A DNA stretch of 64,000 nt. Origin: Eledone cirrhosa (Eukaryota). The stretch's first letter is position 1, and every line of letters begins with the position of its first letter. A model generated the notes under the pieces. The model searched no databases. It was not told the DNA's origin and saw only the letters and a program-made list of their open reading frames with translations. Shown here piece after piece: positions 28,578 through 46,174 of this stretch. The stretch spans positions 106,702,001 to 106,766,000 of the forward strand of contig OZ024740.1 of NCBI GenBank assembly GCA_964016885.1, read 5' to 3'. A program made the translations under genes and the position numbers.

Positions 28578-28652
28578 TATATATATATATATATACACAT
28601 ATACCATACATATATATACATATATACCATATATATATACATATATTATACC

Positions 28653-28746
<94 letters not shown>

Positions 28747-29147
28747 TTTATAATATATATAATATATAAATATATCATACCATATATATATATACAGTGG
28801 TGGAGTGGCTAGGTTGCCAGGTTGCCCTATAGGAAGTGGGCCCCAGGGGCACACTGTAGAATTGCAAGAGCCCACACTAGCATTGCAGGGCCCATTGTAG
28901 TATTTTAGGGGCCAATGCTTTGCATTCAAAAAATATCTGAAATCTAAGAGAAAGAATAATTTTTTTTTTAAATAAATAAAACAATTAAATAAAGCATTTG
29001 GTCAACCAATTTCCGAGGGAATTACTAGAAACCAAAATACACGATAATGCAAGTAGCTGGAATCAGTGGTTGTACATTCTACTAAATCTAAAGCTTAGTG
29101 TATTCATTCGTGTATGCAAACATACATATTTAGAATCAGACACACAA

Positions 29148-29194
<47 letters not shown>

Positions 29195-29195
29195 G

Positions 29196-29254
<59 letters not shown>

Positions 29255-29356
29255 TCACCACCTTCCCCACTAATTGATTTGACATATGTCTTTAACCCAT
29301 TGATATCAAATATTATTTGGTCAGTAGTTCGTGTGTAAGTATATATATATATATAT

Positions 29357-30197
29357 ATACAAGTTAATATAAATTAATATGTGATAAACACGTAAGTGTT
29401 TGTATTGTAAATGACCAAGTTAGCTAGAATGAAATAAACTAATTCAAATAAATATAGTTTGCCTGTCTCGATTTAAAATAATAAATCAATAAAAACAAAC
29501 CCATATTGGCAATAACTGTGATACCTGGACAAATTTAAATTTCAAAATCCAAACCTGTTCCGCAGACAAATTTGAATTTCAAAACCCAAATAAGTTTCGC
29601 AACGATAGTATAAAAAAGTGAAAGATTCCATTTTCTGTGTTCATCAACAGGTATCCAGAAAATTAGGATGTTTCACCTCGAAATATTTTTGGAGGTCTGG
29701 TGTACAAGCGCAAACGCACGTGGTTTTCCAGCTCACTAGCTATCCCCATACTCATGGTGCTAGAAATAACAGCCGTTTATATGGGATTCAAATTTAGCTC
29801 AACAAAAGGAGCCGTAATATTATATTATATTTAGAGTTATAAACTCAAACAGTCCTTTACAATTAATTAGCTCAAAGAAAGAAGCATTTCTGAGCCGTGA
29901 AATACAAGTTAATATAAATTAATATATGATAAACACGTAAGTGTTTGTATTGTAAATGACCAAGTTAGCTAGAATGAAATAAACTAATTCAAATAAATAT
30001 AGTTTGCCTGTCTCGATTTAAAATAATAAATCAATAAAAACAAACCCATATTGGTAATAACCGTGATACCTGGACAAATTTAAATTTCAAAATCCAAACC
30101 TGTTCCGCAAATTTCACGGCTCAGAAATGCTTCTTTCTTTGAGCTAATTAATTGTAAAGGACTGTTTGAGTTTATAACTCTAAATATAATATAATAT
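29357..30197. repeat. (TA)n-flanked element with a 208-bp direct repeat (29357-29564 / 29902-30109) and an 87-bp inverted repeat (29817-29903 / 30111-30197)
   Basis: Both repeats are directly visible. Confidence 0.8.
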
Positions 30198-30214
30198 ATA
30201 TATATATATATATA

Positions 30215-34820
<4,606 letters not shown>

Positions 34821-34824
34821 AGGA

Positions 34825-35978
34825 ACAAGTAAGACCCCGACGGCTTTTCCTCGTCGCGAACGCATCTCCGACAGATCTTTTTCGAAGGGTCCCTTCCCGA
34901 GCGCCCGTGTCTGTAGAGCTTGTCTCGAACTGATAGAGCTCCTCGGTAGCACTGCCGGGCCAAGGACTTTTGGAAGTTGTTCATTGGTCCCGGGCGGAAG
35001 GTCCTACCGAACAGACTGGCCAGTTCGTCCTCCTCTACGCCTAGAGTTTCTCCGAACGCGTCGTCGCACCTGCTGCGAACCAACCCTCTATAGAGTGGAA
35101 GTGGAGTCTCCACTGATCGCCGGGTCCGTTTGCCAGAGGACTGTGAGCGCCTGAGCACATTCGATGTGCCAGTCGCCCATTTTCCTCAGTCTTTGCTTGA
35201 CCCAGGACTGCAGCTCGGTAAGCGAGACGAGTCGTAGGAAGGCTCGCCTCACGAACGGGGCCCACGCTGGTTGTCCGGTGAGGAATACGTGGAGGTGCCG
35301 CAGTCTGAGCGCGTGTTTGCGCATCGTTAGCCACGGCATCCCCAGACCTCCGTTTGATGGGTGTTGACAACAGATGGATCTTCTTACCAAAGGAGCCCGT
35401 TTCTTCCAAAGGAATTGGAAGAGCGCGCACTCCATTTTGGTGAGCGTTTTGGCTGGACAAGGCACGACGGTCAAGCGGTAGTAGATGACGGACGCTATAA
35501 AAGTGTTCGCCACCTCCGCTCGACCTTTCAAGGATAGTTTGCACTCGGCCCACTTCTGGGTGAGCGCAAAAACCTTAGCCGTCACCTCGTTCCAGTTCTT
35601 CTCCACCTGGAGGTCCGGACCAAACCAGACCCCGAGCAGCTTTCCCGGTCCTTCCGTCCAGCGTCCGACGACGCCATCGGAAGGCATTGGTTTGCCTCTC
35701 CACGTTCCGAGTTGCAAAACCGACGGATTTGTCCCGGTTCAGCTTCGCTCCTGTGAACCTTTTGTATTCCTCCAGTAAGGTGCCGACCTCCCCGATTTGC
35801 GAGGTGCTCAACACCATTACTGTCACGTCGTCGGCGTAGGCTGACGCCGCTTTTCGCAGTCCCGGTTCCAAGGGGATGCCCTGCAATAGCTCCAACTTCC
35901 GCAGTAGTGGCTCGAGAGTCAATACGTACAGAAGGGGGGAGAGATGGCATCCCTGTCGGATGGATGGCGTGATATGGA
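34825..35978 (-). mobile_element. Tx1/L1-clade LINE fragment (copy A, diverged)
   Basis: QG..LSP, AYADDVT, KLLGVWFG, LSLKGRAEVAN and GGLGMP motifs. Confidence 0.85.
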
Positions 35979-35992
35979 GCAGATAGATAGAT

Positions 35993-38900
35993 ATATTTCT
36001 TTATTAGCCACAAGGGCGCACAAGAAAAGGGGACAATACAAAGACATGCCGGGGATTTTACATACAGTCGTGTAAAACATATAAAAACAAACAATTACAA
36101 CAATCGAAATCCCCAATAGGGGCGAAGCGCCACAAATGGGTTGTTTAATACCCCGTCGATAAAACAACCCTCAACTGCAGGAGCGTGTTGTGCAAGTTCT
36201 CCTTTCTTCCTTTTGCTCTCTTCTTTAACCTACAGGCTTATAAACAGAGAAGGCCCAATCACTCGGGCCATTTTCGCTTCATTCACCCACCTTTCAGTAA
36301 ATTTACTTGGGTGCAGTGCCTCTTTCTCCACTCTGATTCTCCTTCTAAAGTGATACTTAAAGAAGGGAATCAATTGTTGTCCGGAGAGAAAGGCATCTGT
36401 CCTCAGTCCTCTCAATCTCGTCCACCATATAACTTCTTTCACCATAGCCACCGCACAGAGGAAAACCGCCTCTCTTTCGTTTTTGAAAGAGGCTGGCGGT
36501 TTGATCCTTACTATGGACTCGGCAGTCAACTGGATTTGTCCCATACGCGACAGCAGTTGTTCTGCATAGTTCCACAGATTGGTTACGCCCGGGCAGTGTA
36601 CAATTGCGTGCAGGGCTGTTTCAACGTCCTGCGCGCATCTTAGACACGTCCTCTTGGAAGGATCCCTGACGGGGCGTCCGTGCCTGTAGATCTTGTCACG
36701 AACCGGTAGAGCTCCTCGGTAGCACTGCTAGGCCAGGGACCTCTGGAAGTTGTCCATAGGTCCCGGGCGAAAAGTCCTACCAAACAGACTGGTGAGCTCA
36801 TCGTCTTCGACGCCCAGAGTCTCTCCGAGCACGTCGTCGCGCTTGTAACGTACAATCCCTCTATAGAATGTCGAAGTGGAGTCTCCACTGATTGCTGCGC
36901 CCGCTTGCCAGAGGACTGTGAGCGCCTGAGCGCATTCAATCTGCCAGGCGCCCATCGTTTTCGGTCTTTTCTTCACCCAGGACTGCAGCTCCGTCAGCGA
37001 GACGAGCTGTGGGAAAGCCTGTCTCACAAACGGTGCCCACACCTGTTGGGGGTCGGTCAGGAATACCTGGAGATGCAGCAGTCTCAGCGCATGTTTGCGC
37101 ATCATCAACCACGGCATTCCCAGCCCTCCGTTGGAAGGGTGCTGACAGCAGTGGATCTCCTCACCAGCGGAGCCTGCTTCTTCCACAGAAACTGGAAGAG
37201 CATGCGTTCCATCTTGGCGAGGTGTTCACGGGGACAAGGCACGACAGTCAAGCGGTAGTAGATGACGGACGCTATGAAAGTGTTCACCACCTCCGCTCGA
37301 CCTTTCAAGGACAGTTTTCACTCTGCCCACTTCTGGGTGAGTGCAAACACCTTGGCCGTGACCTCGTTCCAGTTTTTCTCCACCTGGAGGTCTCGACCGA
37401 ACCAGACCCCGAGCAATTTCACCGGTCCGTCCGTCCAGCGTCAAACGACGCTGTCGGACGTCATCGGTTTGCCTCTCCACGTACCGAGTTGCAAACCGAC
37501 AGACTTGTCCGGGTTTAGTTTTGCTCCCGTCAGCGTTTCGTATTCTTTCAGTAAGTTACCGATCACCCCGATTTCCGAGGTGCTCGACACCATTACCATC
37601 ACGTCGTCGGCATAAGCCGACGCCGCTTTGCGCAATGCCGGTTCTAGAGGGATGCCCTGCAACAGCTCCAATTTCCGCAGTAGTGGCTCTAGAGTCAATA
37701 CATACAGAATGGAGGAGAGAGGGCACCCCTGTCGAATGGAACGCGTGATTGCGAACGGCTCCAATAGGTAGCCGTTCACCTTGACTCTCGAGCAGATGCT
37801 GATGTGCATCGCCTCGATCCAGCCTCTAAAAACGGTACCGAAACCGGTCGCCTTGAGAACCGCTTCCAAGTATCGATGGTCGACCCTATCGAATGCCTTA
37901 GACTGATCCAAGTTGATCAGAGCCCCACTGAAGCCGGGTTTACTACACACCCTCTCTATGATGTATCGCATGAGGTGGAGGTTGTCGTGTATGAACCTGG
38001 TCGGGATTGCACACGTTTGCGCTTTCCCAACCAGGTTTGCGACGACAAGCGCCAACCTCGTTGCTAGCACCTTGGCCAAAATCTTTAACTCTGTGTTGAG
38101 CAGAGTTATGGGCCTGAATTTGTTAATTTTGTCCCCCTTGTTCTAGTCTTTCCTGATCAGCGTTACTACGTCCTTGCCTGCAGAACTGGGAATTCTCCCG
38201 TTCTGCTGTCAATTGCAGTAGACGGCTTCGAGGACGCCAGAGAACAAGTCCGGCATGCCTATGTAAAACTCATAGAGTAGACCATCTAGAGAGGGTGACT
38301 TGCGTTTCCCGCAGCGGCCCAGAGCGTCCCGTATCTCAGTGTCCGTGATCGGTCTTTCGCAGAACTCGGCGTCCGTGTTCTAGAGATGCGGCAGGCCGTC
38401 AAGGTATGAACTTAAGACTATTGCCCCGTTCGGCTCACCGTCGTTCTGCTCAAACAGTCACGCAAAGTGTTGCTGAAAGGCCACGCACATTTGCTTGGGG
38501 TCAAGTAGCACGCGTCCGTTTTGGTCTAGTGCCGTTCTCGACGCTAACACTCTAGCCGCGTTGCCACTTCTAAGTGCCTCCTCTACCTTGGCTACTAGTT
38601 CTCTTTCTATTTTGTTTTTCTCTAAGGCTAACTCTCTGCTAAACCCTACCGATTCTACTCTAATTCCTTTCTTGAGAGAGTACCACCATCTATTGTTGAC
38701 GATGGCTCCCGTTAACTGTTGCTTGACTAGTCTACTTATCCGTTCACTGTAAGCTTTACGTGCCGGCAACGACACGTTCAGCTTCCAGTATCCGGGTCCC
38801 TGTCTGTGTATTCTGTCACGGTTGACTATGCAGACGACTAATTTGTGATCTGAATAGGCCATGTGCATTCGTGGACAGCTTAATATCTTTTTGTCCCTTT

Positions 38901-41620
38901 CTCTAATGAAGAACCTATCTAAATACGATCTAGATGTCCCGCTGCGGTTTGCCCACGTCCACTGTGGTGCAGTCGGGAAATCCAGTCGATACTTATCGGC
39001 CAGTTGGAATTGGTCGATTAAAATTTTGAGGCTGTTGCACCCCACCCCCTCTACTGGGACATGTTCCTACATAGTCCCATCGTACATCTAGGATACCATT
39101 CCAGTCCCCCACTAAAAGTAAGGAGCGAGACGTTCCCAGAAAAGACTCTAGACGCTTAAAGAAGTCTGGCCGTGATTGCGATTGCCCGGTCGGGGCATAA
39201 ACGGCCACCAGTCTGAAGGCTCCACCTCCAATACTGTTCACGTCTAGGACTACCAGTCTACCCTCCGGGTCCAAGTGTACTTGCTGTACTTCGAAGTCCA
39301 GGTTCTTCCGAAATATGACAGCCACTCCTTCTCCACCTCCTGGCTGACAGAGAGATGCGTAGATCTCAAAATCGTCGAAGATGGGGGTTAGTTGCTGCCT
39401 GTTGTGGATCCTGGACTCGGTGATGGCTATCACATTCATACCGTGTGACCTAAGGTCGTTTAAAAGTTGGACCTGTTTCCAGGGCATCCCTAGGCCACGC
39501 ACATTTACGCTTCCAACTCGTAAACTAGTCATGTTGGTGAAGAAGAGTTGGAGAAAAAGGACGAAAAGGTGCACTTAGCTTTTCGTTTCCTGGAGATCGG
39601 GTTGTTCAATCTCCATTTGGGTGCTGGAGGGGTGTTGGGTGGGGTAGAGAAACATTTTAGCAGGACGCGGTTGATGGGTTTCTGGCAGGGGTTGCCCACG
39701 TCCTGCGAAAATTTATTTTTCAGGTCACTATAGATCTCCATAGAAACTCTTATAAGTTTAAGGTGTGGAGACGATTCTGCTTTGACGAAATTTTTGCCCT
39801 CCGTCAAACTCTTGTTGTTTGTGTTGATGTATGCGTATTGTTGTTTGTGTTTTTGTTGTGTTGTTTTAGTTTGTTGTTCGTCCGGGAGTTTTCTTTTCAT
39901 GGTGGGTGCATGTGTTTGGGGTGGTGTTGGTGTTGGTTTTGCTGGTAGGGGGATGTTTGACTGTGGTGTTGTTTGTGTTGTTTTTTGTGTCTGTGGTTGT
40001 GTATTGGTGTTGGTGTTGGTGATTGGAGTTTTGGGGGTTTTGTGATGTCTCTTTTTTTGTTTTTTAGATTTCCGAGGCTCTCCCTCTTCTTCACTTAAAG
40101 AAGGCGAAGCGGCCTCATCTGTTGATGAATAATCATCGTCAGGAGTGTGGGGTAAGGGTATGTTGTGTGGTGGTGGTGTTTCGGTGTGTTTGTTTGTGGT
40201 AGTGTTTGATGGAGTGGGATGGGGTGGGGCTGTGTTCTTCAGGGGTGTTGTCTCTGTTTTTTCTGTTGTTGTTGGTTGAGTGGCTGTTTGTTTTGGTGTG
40301 TTTGCTCGTTTCGTCTGTTGTACTTGTGGTGGTGGTGATTGTTTTGGTGTTGGTGTTGGTAATAGTGTTTTTTTAATGATGTTGTTGTGGTGTGTTTGTG
40401 AAGGACAGGAGGCCTTTAGGTGTGTTGTGCTACCACAGCGAAAGCAATGAAATGTATGCCCCTCCACCGAAATATTTATTTTGTTGTTGTCGTCGATGAC
40501 GACTTTTTCGGGTATTTTGGAGATTCTCTCCGGTCTCATCTGCATCAGAATCTCCAAATCAGTACCCGCCCACCTTTGTCTAATAGAGTTTCGTATCGAA
40601 AGAATCACATCAGTCTCTGGCTCTACGAAGCCAGACAAGATCCACCAGATGTTAATGTTTGGTGGTATATTTTTTATTTTTATTTTTTGTGAATGCTTTT
40701 GACACCATTGGTGTCACAGAATGTTTTGGGGAGAGTGCCTCGCTTTTAAACAGTACGGAAACACTTCGTACTTTTTTCCTCGTTGGAGAAAGTCAATGTT
40801 TTCTAGAGTCTCCTTCAAGGTGGCTTCTATGTCCCCTTGACTCACAAATATTGGTTTTCTCGTTGTGTTGGAGACAGTCCTGAAGGTCACTGTCCTCCGA
40901 ACTGTCTCTTCTTTTATTTTGAAGGGGTGAGTTGATTCTAAACCCACCCTTGTCTTCGAAAGTTACAAATGTTCTCCCTTGCTGGAGCATATCTCTTGCA
41001 TTGGAGATGTCAGGATTTGTAAAATTTTGTTTTTTGTTCACTTTCAGCGAAAGACATTTTTTTTTGCTGTTGTTGTTGTTGTTATTATCGTTGTTAGCCT
41101 CGGTGTTGGAAATCGCAATTTCTTGAGTTGAAATTTTATCTGTAGATGTATCTATGGAGTTGTTGTTATTGGCTGTTTCATGTGTATGTATATTAATAGG
41201 TTTAATTCCTGTAAGTTGTGTGTTATTTTTCTCCGCTTCGACAGTAGAAATTTTTAAGTGTTCAATTGGCAATATTTTTTTTTCCTTGTTGACAGTCGTA
41301 TCCATGGCGACGTCCATAGTAGCAGAAACAGACATAACGGTAATATCTGCCTTACTACCTCTCTTCTCTCTGTTAACGTTCTCCGGCTTTCTTTTCGAGT
41401 TATTCATATTTTATAGTCGGCAAATTTGATTTTTTAAAACAATTTTTAAATTAAATTTTCGCCCCTAAAGTGGCGATAAATGGGATTACCATCCAGCTGA
41501 CAATTCAGCTTGGGGGTTAATCTACAAAATGATATGATTTTTCAAACAATTAGTTCTGTTTTTTGTATAGAAATTAGCAAAAAAGCTTACCTGCGATGTT
41601 CCACGCGTCAAGCAGATAAA
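35993..41620 (-). mobile_element. Near-full-length Tx1/L1-clade LINE (copy B): ORF1 with CCHC knuckle, ORF2 APE plus RT, frameshifted
   Basis: ORF1 CFRCGSTTHLKASC; ORF2 starts MTSLRVGSVNVRG (39531), with GDWN, SYLDRF, SDH, NLDQSKAFDRV, RQGCPLS and AYADD. The 3' end is AATAAA followed by (TATC)n. Confidence 0.9.
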
Positions 41621-41640
41621 GAGATAGATAGATAGATAGA

Positions 41641-44452
41641 TTTCTTTATTTGCCACAAGCGCGCACAAGAAAATGGGACAATACAAAGACATGCCGGGGA
41701 TTTTACATACAGTCGTGTAAAAAATATAAAAACAAACTATTACAACAATCAAAATCCCCAATAGGGGCGAAGCGCCACAAAAAAAATGGGTTGTTTAATA
41801 CCCCGTCGATAGAACAACCCTCAACTGCAGGAGCGTGTTGTGCAAGTTCTCCTTTCTTCCTTTTGCTCTCTTCTTTAACCTACAGGCTTATAAACAGAGA
41901 AGGCCCAATCACTCGGGCCATTTTCGCTTCATTCACCCACCTTTCAGTAAATTTACTTGGGTGCAGTGCCTCTCTCTCCACTCTGATTCTCCTTCTAAAG
42001 TGATACTTAAAGAAGGGAATCAATTGTTGTCCGGAGAGAAAGGTATCTGTCCTCAGTCCTCTCAATCTCATCCACCATATAACTTCTTTCACCATAGCCA
42101 CTGTACAGAGGAAAACCGCCTCTCTTTCGTTTTTGAAAGAGGCTGGCGGTTTGATCCTTACTATGGAGTCGGCAGTCAACTGGGTTTGTCCCATACGCGA
42201 CAGCAGTTGTTCTGCATAATTCCAGAGGTCGGTTACGCCCGGGCAGTGTAAAATTGCGTGCAGGACTGTTTCAATGTCCTGCACGCATCTTGGACACGTC
42301 CTCTTGGAAGGATCCCTGACGGGGCGTCCGTGCCTGTAGATCTTGTCACAAACCGGTAGAGCTCCTCGGTAGCACTGCCAAGCCAGGGACCTCTGGAAGT
42401 TGTCCATAGGTCCCGGGCGGAAATTCCTACCAAACAGACTCGTGAGCTCATCGTCTTCGACGCCCAGAGTCTCTCCGAGCACGTCGTCGCCCTCCTTGTA
42501 ACGTACAATCCCTCTATAGAATGTCGAAGTGGAGTCTCCACTGATTGCTGCGCCCGCTTGCCAGAGGACTGTGAGCGCCTGAGCGCATTCAATGTGCCAG
42601 GCGCCCATCGTTTTCGGCCTTCTCTGCCTCCAGGACTGCAGCTCCATCAGCGAGACGAGCTGTGGGAAAGCCTGTCTCACAAACGGTGCCCACACTCTTT
42701 GGGGGTCGGTGAGGAATACTTGGAGATGCCGCACCTCAGCGCATGTTTGCGCATCGGGTGGTGTTGGTGTTGGTTTTGCTGGTAGGGGGATGTTTGACTG
42801 TGGTGTTGTTTGTGTTGTTTTTTGTGTCTGTGGTTGTGTATTGGTGTTGGTGTTGGTGATTGGAGTTTTGGGGGTTTTGTCGTCTCTTTTTTTTTTGCTT
42901 TTTAGATTTCCGAGGCTCTCCTTATTCTTCACTTAAAGAAGGCGAAGCGGCCTCATCTGTTGATGAATAATCATCGTCAGGAGTGTGGGGTAGGGGTATG
43001 TTGTGTGGTGGTGGTGTTTCGATGTGTGTGTTTGTGGTAGTGTTTGATGGAGTGGGGCTGTGTTCTTCAGGGGTGTTTCTCTGTTTTTTCTGTTGTTGTT
43101 GGTTGAGTGGCTGTTTTTTTTTGGGTCTGGTTGCTCGTTTCGTCTGTTGTTGTACTTGTGGTGGTGGTGGTGGTTGTTTTGGTTTGGTGTTGGTGTTGGT
43201 AATAGTGTTTTTTTAATGATGTTGTTGTGGTGTGTTTGTGAAGGACAGGAGGCCTTTAGGTGTGTTGTGCTACCACAGCGAAAGCAACGAAATGTATACC
43301 CCTCCACCGAAATATTTATTTTGCTGTTGTCGACTATGACGACTTTTTCGGGTATTTTGGAGATTCTCTCCGGCCTCATTTGCATCAGAATCTCCAAATC
43401 AGTACCCGCCCACCTTTGTCTAATAGACTTTCGTATAGAAAGAATCATATCAGTCTCTGGCTCTACGAAGCCAGCCAAGAACCACCAGATGTTAATGTTT
43501 GGTGGTTTACTTTTTTTTTGTGTCCTTTTTCCCATGTATGTAGGGAAAAAGTTGAATGCTTTTGACACCATTGGTGTCACAGAATGTTTGGGGGAGAGTG
43601 CCTCGCTTTTAAACAGTACGGACAGATTTCCGTACTTTTTCCTCGTTGGAGAAAGTCAACATTTGCTAGAATTTCCTTCAAGTTGGCTTCTAAATCTCCT
43701 TGACTAACAATTATTGGCTTTCTCGTTGTATTGGATACAGTCCTGAAGGTCACTGTCCTTCGAACTGTGTCTTCTTTTATTTCGAGGGGCGAGTTAATTC
43801 TAAACCCACCCTTGTCTTCGAAAGTTACAAATTTTCTCCCTTTCTGGGGCATATCTCTTGCATTGGAGATGTCAAGATTTATAAAGTCATGTTTTTTGTT
43901 CACTGTTTCAGCGAAACACATTTTTTTTGTGTGTGTGTGTGGTGTTGCTGTTGTCGTTGTTAGACTCGGTGTTGGAAATCTCAATTCCTTGACGAGGTGA
44001 AACTTTATGTGTAGATGTATCTGTGGAGTTGTTGATGTTGTCTTTTTCATGTGTATGTTTATTAATAGGTTTAATTCCTGTATGCTGTGTTATTTTTCTC
44101 CGCTTCGACGGTAGAAATTTTAAAATGTTCAAGTGGTATTTTTTTCTCTTTGTTGACAGTCGTATCCATAGCGACGTCCATAGTAGCAGAAGCAGATATA
44201 ACGTTAATATCTGCCTCCTTCTCTCTCTTCTCTCTCTCGATGTTCTATAGGGTTCTTTTCGAGTTATTCATGTTTTATAGTTGGCAAAATTTGATTTTTT
44301 TTAAACAATTTTTTTATTAAATGTTCGCCCTAAATGGGATTACCACCCAGCTGACAATTCAGCTTGGGGGTTAATCTACAAAATGATATGTTTTTCGTAT
44401 ATAAATTTACAAAAAACCTTACCGGCGATGTTCCATGCGTCAGGCAGATAAA
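41641..44452 (-). mobile_element. Tx1/L1-clade LINE (copy C) with a large internal deletion joining ORF1 to the ORF2 3' end
   Basis: 5' UTR, ORF1 and 3' end match copy B. The junction near 42756 skips APE and RT. Confidence 0.9.
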
Positions 44453-44477
44453 GAAATAGATAGATATAGATACACAA

Positions 44478-44508
<31 letters not shown>

Positions 44509-44835
44509 ACAAAGGAATTGTGGTAAGGAACCAGATGGACCATAACGCACCAGAGTACTCAATACTTAGGGTAGTAGAGTGGGAAATAGGAAGAGGTATG
44601 ACCCCAGAAATAGCCGTCGAAACGGCTTGAGCTCTGCCGTCGGGGGTCATACCTTTTCTTATATATATATATATAAATTGGAACAAATGCTCTGAAATAG
44701 CGATATATATGTGAATATAGACATAGAATATTCGAAAATATTCTGTATGTTTATAATAAACATTTTGAAGACCTAATCGCTATAGAATAGAATACGTCAC
44801 GTATTACAATTAGATTCTCGATAAAAGCAAGGGAA

Positions 44836-45808
44836 GTAATCTACGCGTTTCATTCTTGTTAGAATTCATCAGGACTACATATCCAGTGCTTTTATCGAGA
44901 ATGACACAGCTAGAGACTTATAGAATACTTAGCTGTGTACAGGAACTGGTTTGAAAGAGCGGTTGCCGGTCCGGCAGAAATTAGAAATTGGAACAAATGC
45001 TCTGAAATAGCGATATATATGTGAATATAGACATAGAATATTCGAAAATATTCTGTATGTTTATAATAAACATTTTGAAGACCTAATCGCTATAGAATAG
45101 AATACGTCACGTATTACAATTAGATTCTCGATAAAAGCAAGGGAAGTAATCTACGCGTTTCATTCTTGTTAGAATTCATCAGGACTACATATCCAGTGCT
45201 TTTATCGAGAATGACACAGCTAGAGACTTATAGAATACTTAGCTGTGTACAGGAACTGGTTTGAAAGAGCGGTTGCCGGTCCGGCAGAAATTAGAAATTG
45301 GAACAAATGCTCTGAAATAGCGATATATATGTGAATATAGACATAGAATATTCGAAAATATTCTGTATGTTTATAATAAACATTTTGAAGACCTAATCGC
45401 TATAGAATAGAATACGTCACGTATTACAATTAGATTCTCGATAAAAGCAAGGGAAGTAATCTACGCGTTTCATTCTTGTTAGAATTCATCAGGACTACAT
45501 ATCCAGTGCTTTTATCGAGAATGACACAGCTAGAGACTTATAGAATACTTAGCTGTGTACAGGAACTGGTTTGAAAGAGCGGTTGCCGGTCCGGCAGAAA
45601 TTAGAAATTGGAACAAATGCTCTGAAATAGCGATATATATGTGAATATAGACATAGAATATTCGAAAATATTCTGTATGTTTATAATAAACATTTTGAAG
45701 ACCTAATCGCTATAGAATAGAATACGTCACGTATTACAATTAGATTCTCGATAAAAGCAAGGGAAGTAATCTACGCGTTTCATTCTTGTTAGAATTCATC
45801 AGGACTAC
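44836..45808 (-). ncRNA. Four type-I hammerhead ribozymes (44836-44878, 45146-45188, 45456-45498, 45766-45808)
   Basis: Minus strand reads GTAGTC CTGATGA ATTCT-aaca-AGAAT GAAA CGCG TA|GATTAC. Confidence 0.88.
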
Positions 45809-46174
45809 ATATCCAGTGCTTTTATCGAGAATGACACAGCTAGAGACTTATAGAATACTTAGCTGTGTACAGGAACTGGTTTGAAAGAGCGGTTGCCGGT
45901 CCGGCAGAAATTAGAAATTGGAACAAATGCTCTGAAATAGCGATATATATGTGAATATAGACATAGAATATTCGAAAATATTCTGTATGTTTATAATAAA
46001 CATTTTGAAGACCTAATCGCTATAGAATAGAATACGTCACGTATATTTCAGAGCATTTGTTCCAATTTCTAATTTCTGCCGGACCGGCAACCGCTCTTTC
46101 AAACCAGTTCCTGTACACAGCTAAGTATTCTATAAGTCTCTAGCTGTGTCATTCTCGATAAAAGCACTGGATAT

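Noticed and set aside
29590-29652. Possible hammerhead (minus TTGATGA...GAAAC); similar weak candidates near 15131 and 21415
   Set aside because: Stems I, II and III cannot be formed convincingly.
41880-42932. 350-aa ORF as a novel gene
   Set aside because: It is a deletion junction fusing Tx1 ORF1 low-complexity sequence to the ORF2 C-terminus.
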